From: an uncultured Phycisphaerales bacterium
GTDB lineage: Bacteria; Planctomycetota; Phycisphaerae; Sedimentisphaerales; Anaerobacaceae
Reading direction: 5' to 3'
Length of the DNA: 64,000 nucleotides
NCBI GenBank assembly: GCA_963718665.1
Contig: OY970359.1
Coordinates: 224,001 to 288,000, forward strand
Shown: positions 32,622 to 42,500 of the stretch, in pieces
Position numbering within the stretch: the stretch's first letter is position 1
Layout: each line of letters opens with the position of its first letter
Position numbers and translations under genes: made by a program
Notes under the pieces: model-generated
The model's input: the letters and a program-made list of their open reading frames with translations, nothing else
Database searches by the model: none
Told to the model about the DNA's origin: nothing

Positions 32622-34385
32622 TTACCAGTTAGGTGGACAACCGGTGCCCGGGTTATCGCACAGGTGCCATTGCGAAGCAAAAATAGCAAAATCATAGATG
32701 TCCACCTGGCAGTCGCCATTCAAATCGCCGGGCAGAGTCAATCCTCTTGCAATGACCTCGGCACAATTCTTGGGCTGCCACGCGGCGTAATGCGCTGCTA
32801 TACGGTTGGCGCTCAAAACTCCCGAATAAACGGCAAATTCATCGACATATCCGCCGAAGCAGTTGGTACCCATTCCAATGTTCTGCTCACAACCAATCTG
32901 GAGAACATAAAAGAAATTAGGTCCAAGTCGTGCGTTGCCGTTGGGGTCAACGATGGTTGTTGAAGCGGCAAGTGAGCCATCCACATACAATTGAAGACCC
33001 ATATCATGTCCCAGGTTATTCTCATTTTGGTCGTATGTAACGACTATTTGATGCCACTGCCCGTCCAGAGGAGCATTTGTGCCCGGATACCACCATTGAC
33101 TACCGGCGAGAACTCGCAGTTTTCTCAGGCCTGTAGCACCATCGGTGTACAAACCCATTCCGGGGGCATTGGGCTCTTTAACAGGCCCGTTAGTTCCGCT
33201 ATCCCAAGACATACCATCAATCTGCTGGAAAAGAATTGCGTATGTGTCAGGCGTAAGTGTGGGATCACTCTTCATCCAGAACTCATAAGTTGTGTCTTCG
33301 GGAGCAAAGTTCCCATAGGCGTCCAGAGTAAAGGCGAATTCGGGGCCCCACCTATTAGTGAATCCTGGTCCTGACCTGAAGGGGGTGGGGGTATCACCGT
33401 TGTTCCAGACATAAGCTCTTCCTTGATTACCGCTACCTAGAGAGGCCGAGTTATTGCAATAAAGGGCTCTGCTGCCGATTGCGCCGCCGACTGGTTTGGT
33501 CTTTGCATTGACACTATAACCAGCCCAGTAATGGTTTGAAGAAGAGTCGACCGGCATTGGGTTGTCAAACTTCAGATACACACAAGGGTCGTCAGCCATC
33601 ACTTCCGCCGCGTATGGACCCGGCGATATCGAATTGAACGTAACCACTATGTGATGCCAGGCGTTATCATTTATCGCTTTGGTAATGTAGCCCGTGCTGC
33701 CGCCGCCGATAAGGCCGACGGCGTTGGTTTCCGCGGAATACATAGCGCCATAACTGTGCTGCTCGGTGTTTCCGCCATTATGCTGGAAAAACCTCGGGTA
33801 GTCGCTGTTCTGCGTTGTCTTGAGCCAGAACTCAACGGACACATTCGTAGTGGACAACTGCAGACCGTAATCGCAAACGTCAACACAATCGCCTGTCCCG
33901 CCGTTAGCGCCATGCAGAACCGCGGCCTTACCAATATAACCGCCGGCGTCCTGACCAACAGCGCCGATATAAGTGATGTTCATATCCGCTGCGCTGCCGC
34001 TATTTGCAGCTTTACTGCCTTGGTTACTATTGGCATCTTCAAATTGCAGATAAAGCAAAGGATGGTCCCCGTTAACCGCGGCCCTGTAGCCCGCCGGCGC
34101 CGCGTTGAAGTGCGCAGCTACATTAGCGTCTGTTAAGACGTAACCATACACCGCGAACTCATCAATCTCGCCGACAAGCCCGCTATAACAATAGTAGCGA
34201 CTTCCCTCCGCACCGATTGTCAGACGGGGATAAGGGAAACTAATCGCCTGGGTAGTGCTTGCAGTCCCCACTTTTACCCCATCCACGTATAACGTTTTTG
34301 TAACGCTGTTTGCCGAAGCAACACCTGTCAGCGACAGCCCGAAAATAACCGCAATCACAATTGATAATTCAAATTTATATTTCAT
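32622..34385 (-). CDS. Secreted tandem LamG/ConA-like protein with Cys-rich dockerin-like tail
   Basis: Signal peptide; EFW, WHHIVVT, LYVDG and DEFAVY motifs each twice; GDLNGDCQVDIYDF tail. Confidence 0.82.
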   Translation of the reverse strand: MKYKFELSIVIAVIFGLSLTGVASANSVTKTLYVDGVKVGTASTTQAISFPYPRLTIGAEGSRYYCYSGLVGEIDEFAVYGYVLTDANVAAHFNAAPAGYRAAVNGDHPLLYLQFEDANSNQGSKAANSGSAADMNITYIGAVGQDAGGYIGKAAVLHGANGGTGDCVDVCDYGLQLSTTNVSVEFWLKTTQNSDYPRFFQHNGGNTEQHSYGAMYSAETNAVGLIGGGSTGYITKAINDNAWHHIVVTFNSISPGPYAAEVMADDPCVYLKFDNPMPVDSSSNHYWAGYSVNAKTKPVGGAIGSRALYCNNSASLGSGNQGRAYVWNNGDTPTPFRSGPGFTNRWGPEFAFTLDAYGNFAPEDTTYEFWMKSDPTLTPDTYAILFQQIDGMSWDSGTNGPVKEPNAPGMGLYTDGATGLRKLRVLAGSQWWYPGTNAPLDGQWHQIVVTYDQNENNLGHDMGLQLYVDGSLAASTTIVDPNGNARLGPNFFYVLQIGCEQNIGMGTNCFGGYVDEFAVYSGVLSANRIAAHYAAWQPKNCAEVIARGLTLPGDLNGDCQVDIYDFAIFASQWHLCDNPGTGCPPNW

Positions 34386-34445
34386 ATTTCCTTCTCCTTT
34401 TTTTATGTCTTTTTGTCTTTTCATCGCAATATAGATCTCAAACCG

Positions 34446-35717
34446 TCAAAAACATCCGTTCGGATCCGGGTTATTACAAATCAGCCAGTTATGCGCCGCC
34501 AAAGCAAGGTCATCGAGTCCCACAGCACAGTCGCCTGTCAGGTCTGCCGGATAGTTAAGACCATAGAAACCAACCGCACTGCAATTATTTATTGCGATGG
34601 GGCCGGTTTTATAAAAATTCACGTAGATAATGCTGAACCCTGTTGAGTCGCCCGCGTTTGGCGTGAACTCCCAGCTAATTGTATGGATGCCTTTAAAAAG
34701 GTTGGCGGTAACTTTATCGGTTTCCACAAACGCCCCCTTAGTCTGATTGTTCACGTCACCCAGTAACTTGTCATCTAAATAAAGATTCATGGATATAAGC
34801 ACGCCGTTAGTTGTGTTAAGACTCAGGGAAATGGCATACTGACCATGATTAGCATCATCGACGTTGATATCGTAATACATAAAGTCACCTGAATCTAGGT
34901 AGCCGACCTCCTCTCCAAAATTGGCATCGTAGTAGGTGCTTGGGCCAAAGGGGGTTAATAGTGTGTCTCTGGTGTTTCTATTGCCCGCAACATCCCACTT
35001 TCCCGCCTCAATCCGAATCAAACCAAGGGAATTAGGTTCAACAACAAAAGGCGACTTCTGTCTAACAAACTGAAGGGCGTTGAGTTTATTCGTATAGGTC
35101 AGGTATAAATCCTGAGGATTGGAATTGTTGACGTCCACGCCGTGGAAAATCACGTAGTTTCCGTTCTCGACAAACGTTCCGGCACCAATGCCGCCGCTTA
35201 CTGTTTTAGTTGTTATGACACCACTCTGATCCAGTATAAAGCTTCCTGCGTCATTTCCATAAACGTAGATATCATAAACATCCTGGTATGCGCCCTGACC
35301 CCAGATGGAAATATTCGGTTCGGAGGTGACAGGCGCTGCGACAAATCCGTTATCCATCAAATTCTCGTCTGAGTTATGCAGATAAGTATGATTTTGCCCA
35401 TTGTCGCCAATCCACACCTGAGCAGCATAAACACTGGATAAATATTGCTGTGCTGGCGGCACCAAAGCCCCCACAAGCGCCTCGCTCCGTGCCGAACCTA
35501 CCGGCACCCCCCATCCTCCATAATAAGGAGTCCAAACGTATGCGTCACAGGCATCATAGACGTTGGTGGAAATGTTACCAATGTAGGCACCGCTGCCGAT
35601 ATAGGACGTGTTATCATTATAACCCCTTATGGCAACATTGATGACATCTGTCGCCATTGCAACCCCAACGGCAACCAGAACAATTGATACGATTGTTAGT
35701 AATTTAATTTTCATCAT
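34446..35717 (-). CDS. Secreted beta-rich protein, probable carbohydrate-binding module(s), dockerin-like tail
   Basis: Signal peptide; IRIEA...VGYLDSGDFMYYDINV...G.HTI pattern resembles CBM6/35; ADLTGDCAVGLDDL tail. Confidence 0.65.
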   Translation of the reverse strand: MMKIKLLTIVSIVLVAVGVAMATDVINVAIRGYNDNTSYIGSGAYIGNISTNVYDACDAYVWTPYYGGWGVPVGSARSEALVGALVPPAQQYLSSVYAAQVWIGDNGQNHTYLHNSDENLMDNGFVAAPVTSEPNISIWGQGAYQDVYDIYVYGNDAGSFILDQSGVITTKTVSGGIGAGTFVENGNYVIFHGVDVNNSNPQDLYLTYTNKLNALQFVRQKSPFVVEPNSLGLIRIEAGKWDVAGNRNTRDTLLTPFGPSTYYDANFGEEVGYLDSGDFMYYDINVDDANHGQYAISLSLNTTNGVLISMNLYLDDKLLGDVNNQTKGAFVETDKVTANLFKGIHTISWEFTPNAGDSTGFSIIYVNFYKTGPIAINNCSAVGFYGLNYPADLTGDCAVGLDDLALAAHNWLICNNPDPNGCF

Positions 35718-35854
35718 CTCAATACCTCCTATATGTATTTACGATACATCACCCTTGTTTACCCTTTACTAACTTCACGTTTTTATATTCAGCCGGCATA
35801 TCCGGCCCGTCTCTTTCATCTACACCACTGCCTGCCGAAGTACCAGGCAGATAA

Positions 35855-36904
35855 CTAAAGCATAATCCCTGTCGATTTATTAACCAGTGCCGTCGTCGAA
35901 GACCGCACTATAAGGTCCTGCGAAAGTTTTACGCACTCAGGACGATATTCCGAAGGCGACTGAAGATGTTTGAGCAGCAAATTCGCGGCTATCTGCCCCA
36001 TCTGTCTTGACGGCACCGCGACCGTTGTAAGGGGCGGAGCGACAATGCTGCACAGGTATTCATCGTTAAAGCAAAGCAAACTGACCTGCTTGGGAATCTG
36101 AATTTCAAGCATATTAGCGCCATGGAGAATTCTCATCGCCTCAATATGGTCGTACGCGAGAATCGCGGTTGCGTGATGCTTAATCACCGCTGAAGCCAAA
36201 AAGGCAGATGCCGAACTGAAAACCTTGTCATGATTTTTCATCGGTTCAAGCCCCCGCATTTTCAGCTCGGAAAGGTATGTGTCGTGCCGGTCGCTGATAC
36301 TTCTATGCTTATAGTGCTCACTGGTGGGACCCGCGTAAGCTATCTGAGTGTGTCCGAGCTCAACAAGATGACGCACTGCCATCTTTGTTGCTTCAATATC
36401 ATCGGGAATGACCGATGAACAACTGGGGCCGCCAACACCATTGATAACCACATAAGGAAGATTTGCTCTTTCCATCTCTTCGATGGTTTCCTGCGAACAT
36501 TTCTGAAGGACTATCGCTCCATCCACCTTCCACGGCGGCAGTTCGCAGCGGTTATCTACCAGATTGGGAACGGACATGCAAACATCATAGTTGCCCGTGT
36601 GCAGCTCGCGAACGCAGGATTCGATAATGGCCTGGTATATGTTGCCGGGAAATCCCAAGGCAATGTCACAACCGAGCATCGCGATTACGCTGGTCTGTTT
36701 TCTGACAAGATTCTTGGCCGCGAGATTGGGACGATACCCAAGTGAATTTGCAATATCGACAATACGTTGATGAACTTCACGTCTGACGGAAAAACCATGC
36801 TTGAAATTACCGTTCAATACCCGGCTAACTGTCGCCTGGCTTACACCGCAATGGGAAGCAACTTCCCTGATGGTCGGTACGCCGTTGCTTCGAGGGGTAC
36901 TCAT
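35855..36904 (-). CDS. LacI-family transcriptional regulator
   Basis: TIREVASHCGVSQATVSRVLN HTH, LGYRPNLAAKNL hinge, PPLTTV, LIVRSST. Confidence 0.96.
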   Translation of the reverse strand: MSTPRSNGVPTIREVASHCGVSQATVSRVLNGNFKHGFSVRREVHQRIVDIANSLGYRPNLAAKNLVRKQTSVIAMLGCDIALGFPGNIYQAIIESCVRELHTGNYDVCMSVPNLVDNRCELPPWKVDGAIVLQKCSQETIEEMERANLPYVVINGVGGPSCSSVIPDDIEATKMAVRHLVELGHTQIAYAGPTSEHYKHRSISDRHDTYLSELKMRGLEPMKNHDKVFSSASAFLASAVIKHHATAILAYDHIEAMRILHGANMLEIQIPKQVSLLCFNDEYLCSIVAPPLTTVAVPSRQMGQIAANLLLKHLQSPSEYRPECVKLSQDLIVRSSTTALVNKSTGIML

Positions 36905-37091
36905 TTTTTCTTCACCTTAATCCAAATTACATAACATCTAAAAACCTGAAACTGTTAACAGGTTTATATTCACTATATATTGCTTTTTCTTATGCTTTTT
37001 GCTAATCTATTTGGAAGGCAATAAGGTTTGCTTCGCATAAGATTGCATATTATTCAAATTTGCGAAGAGCGTCGTGACCACTAAACGTCCA

Positions 37092-37103
37092 GTAATCGTT
37101 TAC
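37092..37103. promoter_or_regulatory. Putative LacI operator GTAATCGTTTAC (lacI promoter)
   Basis: Near-palindrome with central CG, just downstream of a minus-strand TGGACA-17-TAATGT. Confidence 0.75.
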
Positions 37104-37385
37104 TTATACATTAGCATTGTCGTTTAGCAATGTCCAGCTTTTTTTTAAAAAAATTTCTTTTACCCCCAAACCCACCGAAATCAACCCGTAAAAATGTGGA
37201 GTTACCATTCGCAGAGAATATGGCTTGAGAAGCAAAAACCCGTTTTTTGGCCGATTCAAAGGGGGTAGATGTCAAAAAACATAGCATTTGCCGGCCAAAA
37301 CATAATATCGTTTACCGGAAACGGACAATTTCAGGTAAAGCATAATAATCTTTGCGAGCTATTATTTTATTACATAAATATAAGC

Positions 37386-37430
37386 TTGACTGGCCTAATA
37401 CATTTAGGTTATAGTTAAGTAATCGTTTAC
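37386..37430 (+). promoter_or_regulatory. Promoter plus LacI operator upstream of GH30 gene
   Basis: TTGACT-18 bp-TATAGT followed by GTAATCGTTTAC (37419-37430). Confidence 0.75.
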
Positions 37431-37610
37431 TATTGCTGCGGCAAAAGTCGGGGCAGTGTCAATTGGCCGGTTATCAGAGGCCCCGCCGGGGTGATTAAAC
37501 ACTTATCGGACGTGATGAAAAGTTAAAAAGCCCGATTCTTTGGGGTTCCAAAGCTTATTTCCGGTTTAGCCACCTAAAAACTACCCCTAAGAACGTTTGA
37601 GGAGAACAAA

Positions 37611-39665
37611 ATGAATGGAAATCGCTTTCACGCATGCGTGTTTTTTAGCTTAATCCTGCTATTGGGAACATCCTACGGCGATGTAAACAACATCCTGGTC
37701 AACCCCGGCTTTGAAAGCAGCACAACCGGCAACTGGGCAGCTCGAAGCTGCACTTTCGCAAGAACTACAACCCAAGAGCATAGCGGTTCTTACAGCGGAC
37801 TGGCAAGCAGCAGGAACGCGAGTTGGGAGGGGATACAACAAGATGTTACGGGCAAAATGGTGGTGGGAGCAACCTACCAAGTATCCGGCTGGATTAAAAC
37901 AAGTAATGCCGCCAGCACCCCTGTCGACCTGTGTTTTCAGAAAACCGACGGCAGCGGAATTACTTATGCCTGGGGAGCCAGTGGCACAGCCAGCAGCAGT
38001 GGATGGACATATATCTCAGGAAGTTATACCCTTACTGTAAATGGCACGCTTACAGATCTTCTGCTGTACGTCGAAGGTGCGACTTCAGGAACAAGTTATT
38101 ATAATATATATTTAGATGACGTGAACGTATTTGGCCAGGTTCCCGGCATAGCAGGTCCAAACGCGACAGGTGAGGTTAATTTCACCGTTACTCATCAAAC
38201 CCTCGAAGGTTTCGGCGCAGCCGGCGCCTGGATTGAAGATACGCTTGTTACCCTCGGTAACTCTCAACCAAACATCTACAATGTGCTCTTTGGTAACTTA
38301 GGCCTCGATATATACAGGATTCGCAACGACTATAACGAAAGCGATGCCTCCCCTTATATGAGCGACACCGCCACGATAATATCCAATGCAAACGCGTCGT
38401 TAGGCCACCCCATACGCGTTCTGCTTTCCTCCTGGTCTCCGCCCGCATACCTCAAGAGCAACAACAACACCGAGGGCGGAACGCTTGCCAAGGTCAGCGG
38501 AAATTACGTTTATTCCAATTTTGCACAGTGGTGGGCCGACAGTTTGACCGCCTGGTCCAGCGCCGGGGTAAACCCGTACTATATAAGCATGCAAAACGAA
38601 CCCGATTATACCGCAAGTTGGGACACCTGTTATTTTGCACCCACCCAGACAGACGCTAACGCCGGCTATGAACAGGCATTCGCGGCCTTATACACAAAAC
38701 TCAATACATTACCGAGCCACCCGAAACTTCTCGCTCCGGAAACGGCAAACTTCACCGATACCCCCGGTTACATAAGTGCCCTAACTACCACCGACACAAA
38801 CAACGTCTATGGTTATGCCCACCATCCCTATGACGCCAGTGCAAGTTCCCCCGATGGAGAAGACAGTACAATGGCGACCTTCGCCTCATCATACGGCAGC
38901 AAACCCATAATGATGACGGAATTCTCCGGCTCCGGCCCATTTGCCTGGACAGACGCAATGAACCTCGCGATTTTTATAAATAATTTCATGACTATAGAAG
39001 GGGCTTCGGCTTATCTGTACTGGGAATTGTTCTGGAACGGTAACGGCTCGCTTGTAACCATTACATCATCAAGCTATACAATCAACACTGTTTATTACGC
39101 TATGATGCATTATTCCAGATTCACAGACCCCGGCTGGCAGCGAGTTGATGCAAACTCTACCTCATCCGATTTGAGAATATCGGCCTACAAAGACCCCTGT
39201 GAGCCAAACGCGGCAATCGTGATAATCAATACTTCAACCACTACCGATATGAATTTGACACTTGCTTTGAACGGTTTTACGCCGCAAAACTCCGGGATAT
39301 ACCAATCCACATCCAATGCTAATTTCGCATATATCGGGACATTCAGCACATCGGCGCCGGTGTTTCTGCCCCACCAGTCAATAACAACAATCCACCTGGC
39401 GGGATTTGCAGATTGTGCTGGTGTTCAGGCAGGTAACTATCGTCTCGACTCAGACCTCAACGGCGATTGTTACGTTGACTTGCTGGACCTGCAGGTAATG
39501 GCCGACTACTGGCTGCATACCGATTGTACCGCACCGGGTAATTGTCAAAACGCGGATTTTGCGCCGACGGATGGCACGGTTGATTTCCTCGACTTTGCCG
39601 ACTTTGGCCTGCAGTGGATGCAGTGCAACAACCCGCAGGACGCAAGCTGCTCACCAAACTGGTAA
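37611..39665 (+). CDS. Secreted CBM4/9/22-like + GH30 (glucurono)xylanase + dockerin-like tail
   Basis: NILVNPGFE...YLDDV CBM, QTLEGFGA, WSPPAYLKSN, SMQNEPDY, MMTEFS, AYLYW; DLNGDCYVDLLDL and DGTVDFLDFADF repeats. Confidence 0.88.
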   Translation: MNGNRFHACVFFSLILLLGTSYGDVNNILVNPGFESSTTGNWAARSCTFARTTTQEHSGSYSGLASSRNASWEGIQQDVTGKMVVGATYQVSGWIKTSNAASTPVDLCFQKTDGSGITYAWGASGTASSSGWTYISGSYTLTVNGTLTDLLLYVEGATSGTSYYNIYLDDVNVFGQVPGIAGPNATGEVNFTVTHQTLEGFGAAGAWIEDTLVTLGNSQPNIYNVLFGNLGLDIYRIRNDYNESDASPYMSDTATIISNANASLGHPIRVLLSSWSPPAYLKSNNNTEGGTLAKVSGNYVYSNFAQWWADSLTAWSSAGVNPYYISMQNEPDYTASWDTCYFAPTQTDANAGYEQAFAALYTKLNTLPSHPKLLAPETANFTDTPGYISALTTTDTNNVYGYAHHPYDASASSPDGEDSTMATFASSYGSKPIMMTEFSGSGPFAWTDAMNLAIFINNFMTIEGASAYLYWELFWNGNGSLVTITSSSYTINTVYYAMMHYSRFTDPGWQRVDANSTSSDLRISAYKDPCEPNAAIVIINTSTTTDMNLTLALNGFTPQNSGIYQSTSNANFAYIGTFSTSAPVFLPHQSITTIHLAGFADCAGVQAGNYRLDSDLNGDCYVDLLDLQVMADYWLHTDCTAPGNCQNADFAPTDGTVDFLDFADFGLQWMQCNNPQDASCSPNW

Positions 39666-39848
39666 AAACAAATACCTCACCTCCTGTCGATATAGAGGCC
39701 GGTTTTAAGCCAACAAACCGGCCTTTGCGAGAATGTTTTTATACCCAGAAATCGTTTGCATAACCGTATTGACTAAGTTATAACTAAAATGCGAAATAAC
39801 TACCGCGAACTAAAATCCGGCATTTATTATTCAAAGCAAGAGATTGAT

Positions 39849-41492
39849 ATGAAAAAAATAAGGAACCCTGTTTTGCCCGGCTTTAATCCTGACCCATCTA
39901 TTCTCCGGGTAAATGATGACTATTATATAGCAACCAGCACTTTTGAGTGGTTTCCGGGCGTCCAAATCCATCATTCAAAAGACCTCGTCAACTGGCAATT
40001 ACTAACGCATCCGGTTACACGAACAAGCCAGCTCGATATGAGAGGCAATATATCGTCCTCCGGCGTATGGGCCCCCTGCCTGAGCTATCGTGATGGATTA
40101 TTTTACCTGATTTATTCGAACGTCAGGTCATATAAAGGGCCTTTCAAGGACGTTTATAACTGCCTGATAACCGCAAAAAATATCGAAGGCCCCTGGTCTG
40201 AACCCATATTCCTTAATTCCAGCGGTTTCGACCCCTCCCTGTTCCATGATGACAACGGGAAAAAATGGCTGGTAAATATGTTGTGGGACCACCGCAAACT
40301 AAAATTAGGCGAACCAAACCATGACGATGGGGCCAATGAAGACGAGCACGAATCCATAAAAGGGTGCTTCGCTGGCATAGTAATCCAGGAGTATTGCCCC
40401 AAAAGCAAAAAACTTGTCGGCCCCGTGAAAAATATATTCCAAGGGACTAAAATCGGTCTTGTGGAAGGCCCGCATATATACAAGCGAAATGGCTATTACT
40501 ATCTTCTGACCGCTGAAGGCGGGACCTATTACAAACACGCCGTAACAATGGCCAGGTCAAAAAACCTTTTGGGGCCATACGAAGTTGACCCTTCTAACCC
40601 GCTATTAACTTCGGCCGGGAAACCAGAACTGGAATTACAAAGAGCGGGACACGGCAGTTTAGTTGAAACGCAAAATGGCGAATGGTATCTGGCGCATCTG
40701 TGCGGCAGGCCGGTTAAAAGCAATACCGAACCTAAACTGCGATGTATGCTCGGAAGAGAAACGTGTATTCAGAAATGCAAGTGGACAAACGACGGCTGGC
40801 TTAAAGTCGAAGGCGGTAATAATCCTTCCGTCCTGGTCGAGCCGCCCGGACTGCCGACAGCTGAATTCACGCCCGAACCTGTCCGGGATGATTTTGATTC
40901 CGATGTGCTTGGCGTCCATTTCAGCACACTGAGAATCCCGGCGGACCCGAGCTGGTTAAATTTGAAAGACAGGCCCGGCCATCTGCGCCTCAAGGGCAGA
41001 GAATCGCTCGCGTCCCCGCATGAGCAAAGTTTGGTTGCCAGAAGAATTACCTCGTTTAAATGCCAGATAACAACATCTGTCGAGTTTGAGCCGGAGAACT
41101 TTCAGCAAATGGCGGGGCTTATCCTGTTTTATGATATTCAAAACTACATCTACCTGCGGATAAGCAATGACGAAAACATGGGAAAACATCTGGGTATAAC
41201 TACCTCCGACAACGGTTATTACAGCGAGCTGCGGAAACATGAAATCCGGCTTGGTAATCAGTCCCGATGCTTCTTAAGGGCCGATTATGACAACGGCTCC
41301 CTGCAGTTCTCATACAGCCCTGACGGCAGGAAATGGGAAAATGCAGGCCCTTCGCTTGACGCGACACGACTCAGCGACGAATACTGCAAAGATGGCTGTT
41401 TTACCGGCACATTCGTCGGCTTATGTTGCCAGGACCTGTCCGGCGCTCACAAACACGCGGACTTCGACTTCTTCGAATATAAAGAATTGTAA
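39849..41492 (+). CDS. Cytoplasmic GH43 beta-xylosidase (XynB-like)
   Basis: NPVLPGFNPDPSI, ATSTFEWFPG, GVWAPCL, GFDPSLFHD, EGPHIYK, FTGTFVG; no signal peptide from ATG 39849. Confidence 0.93.
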   Translation: MKKIRNPVLPGFNPDPSILRVNDDYYIATSTFEWFPGVQIHHSKDLVNWQLLTHPVTRTSQLDMRGNISSSGVWAPCLSYRDGLFYLIYSNVRSYKGPFKDVYNCLITAKNIEGPWSEPIFLNSSGFDPSLFHDDNGKKWLVNMLWDHRKLKLGEPNHDDGANEDEHESIKGCFAGIVIQEYCPKSKKLVGPVKNIFQGTKIGLVEGPHIYKRNGYYYLLTAEGGTYYKHAVTMARSKNLLGPYEVDPSNPLLTSAGKPELELQRAGHGSLVETQNGEWYLAHLCGRPVKSNTEPKLRCMLGRETCIQKCKWTNDGWLKVEGGNNPSVLVEPPGLPTAEFTPEPVRDDFDSDVLGVHFSTLRIPADPSWLNLKDRPGHLRLKGRESLASPHEQSLVARRITSFKCQITTSVEFEPENFQQMAGLILFYDIQNYIYLRISNDENMGKHLGITTSDNGYYSELRKHEIRLGNQSRCFLRADYDNGSLQFSYSPDGRKWENAGPSLDATRLSDEYCKDGCFTGTFVGLCCQDLSGAHKHADFDFFEYKEL

Positions 41493-41530
41493 TTATCCGC
41501 AACGTGGTTTTCTTTGGTAATCAGCAGTCC

Positions 41531-41585
41531 AAAAAGAAAAACGCCCTCGTATTTCCGACTGTTGCCGGAATCACGAGGGCGTTTT
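41531..41585. terminator. Hairpin terminator between convergent genes
   Basis: AAAACGCCCTCGT/ACGAGGGCGTTTT stem with an A tract on the left and a T run on the right. Confidence 0.75.
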
Positions 41586-41618
41586 GTCATTTTAAAAACT
41601 AATATTCAGTGTAGCTAA

Positions 41619-42479
41619 TTAGCGTTTCCTGCGAATCAAAGCAAGACCGCCCAGACCAAGCAGAGCCATTGTTGCCGGCTCAGGAGTGAGCTGGATACCG
41701 TCAATGTAACTGGTATCAGCGCTGCTGTCGCCGGTGATGCCGTCACCACCGAAACCCCAGACATAAACGTTGCCGCTGCTGTCCGCGGTTAACGTGAACA
41801 CGGCCGGTGCCTGCGTAGCCCCGTTTGTTGTCCACGTGATGGTTTGCTCATCTGATGGTGCCAAAAAGCCGCTGATGTTGGTATATCCGCCCGGTGCATA
41901 CGGAGCTATAGCTGTCCAGTTCATTGAGTGGCTACCAGTCCAGTCGTAGGAATACAGCGCAATCTGGTATGACGCACCCGCAGTCAGTCCGCTGGCCTCG
42001 ACTTGTATATAGTTGGTGCCCTGCGTGTTGCTGCCGCTGCCGCCCACAAAGAGAAAATCACGGAACACATCGTTGTCGGCGGTTAAATCGGGAGAAGGAT
42101 TTCCGCGGTCTCTCGAATTGAGCATTACCGAGTTATAGTTCTTGGCCGTACCGGGTAAGCTAATTGTTAACTGCACGGAGCCAAAGGTCTTCGAAATGCT
42201 CGTGACACCGGTACCCGATGGCAAAACAGTCCCATCGCCGTATTGAGCTACCGGGCCGCCCCATGGTGACCACGTCACACCGTAGGGGTCTGCGCTAAAT
42301 GACGGGGTGCTATACGACCCGTTCCAGCCCTCAGTAGGACAGGCTTGCCCTGATGTACCGCCGTTGAGGTCAACCGACAGCTTCGCGTTTGTTAGAGGTC
42401 CTGTAAATATCCCCGTGGACGCCGAAGCCGTCAACGCTAACGAAAGAACAAGACATGCTGAAATAATAATTTTACTCAT
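41619..42479 (-). CDS. PEP-CTERM surface protein
   Basis: Signal peptide, Ser/Thr/Gly-rich beta body, TPEPATMALLGLGGLALIRRKR. Confidence 0.9.
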   Translation of the reverse strand: MSKIIISACLVLSLALTASASTGIFTGPLTNAKLSVDLNGGTSGQACPTEGWNGSYSTPSFSADPYGVTWSPWGGPVAQYGDGTVLPSGTGVTSISKTFGSVQLTISLPGTAKNYNSVMLNSRDRGNPSPDLTADNDVFRDFLFVGGSGSNTQGTNYIQVEASGLTAGASYQIALYSYDWTGSHSMNWTAIAPYAPGGYTNISGFLAPSDEQTITWTTNGATQAPAVFTLTADSSGNVYVWGFGGDGITGDSSADTSYIDGIQLTPEPATMALLGLGGLALIRRKR

Positions 42480-42500
42480 ATTTTTACTCCTTTCAGTTAC

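Noticed and set aside
37304..37315. AATATCGTTTAC as a further LacI operator
   Set aside because: Three mismatches in the left half-site; too weak without binding data.
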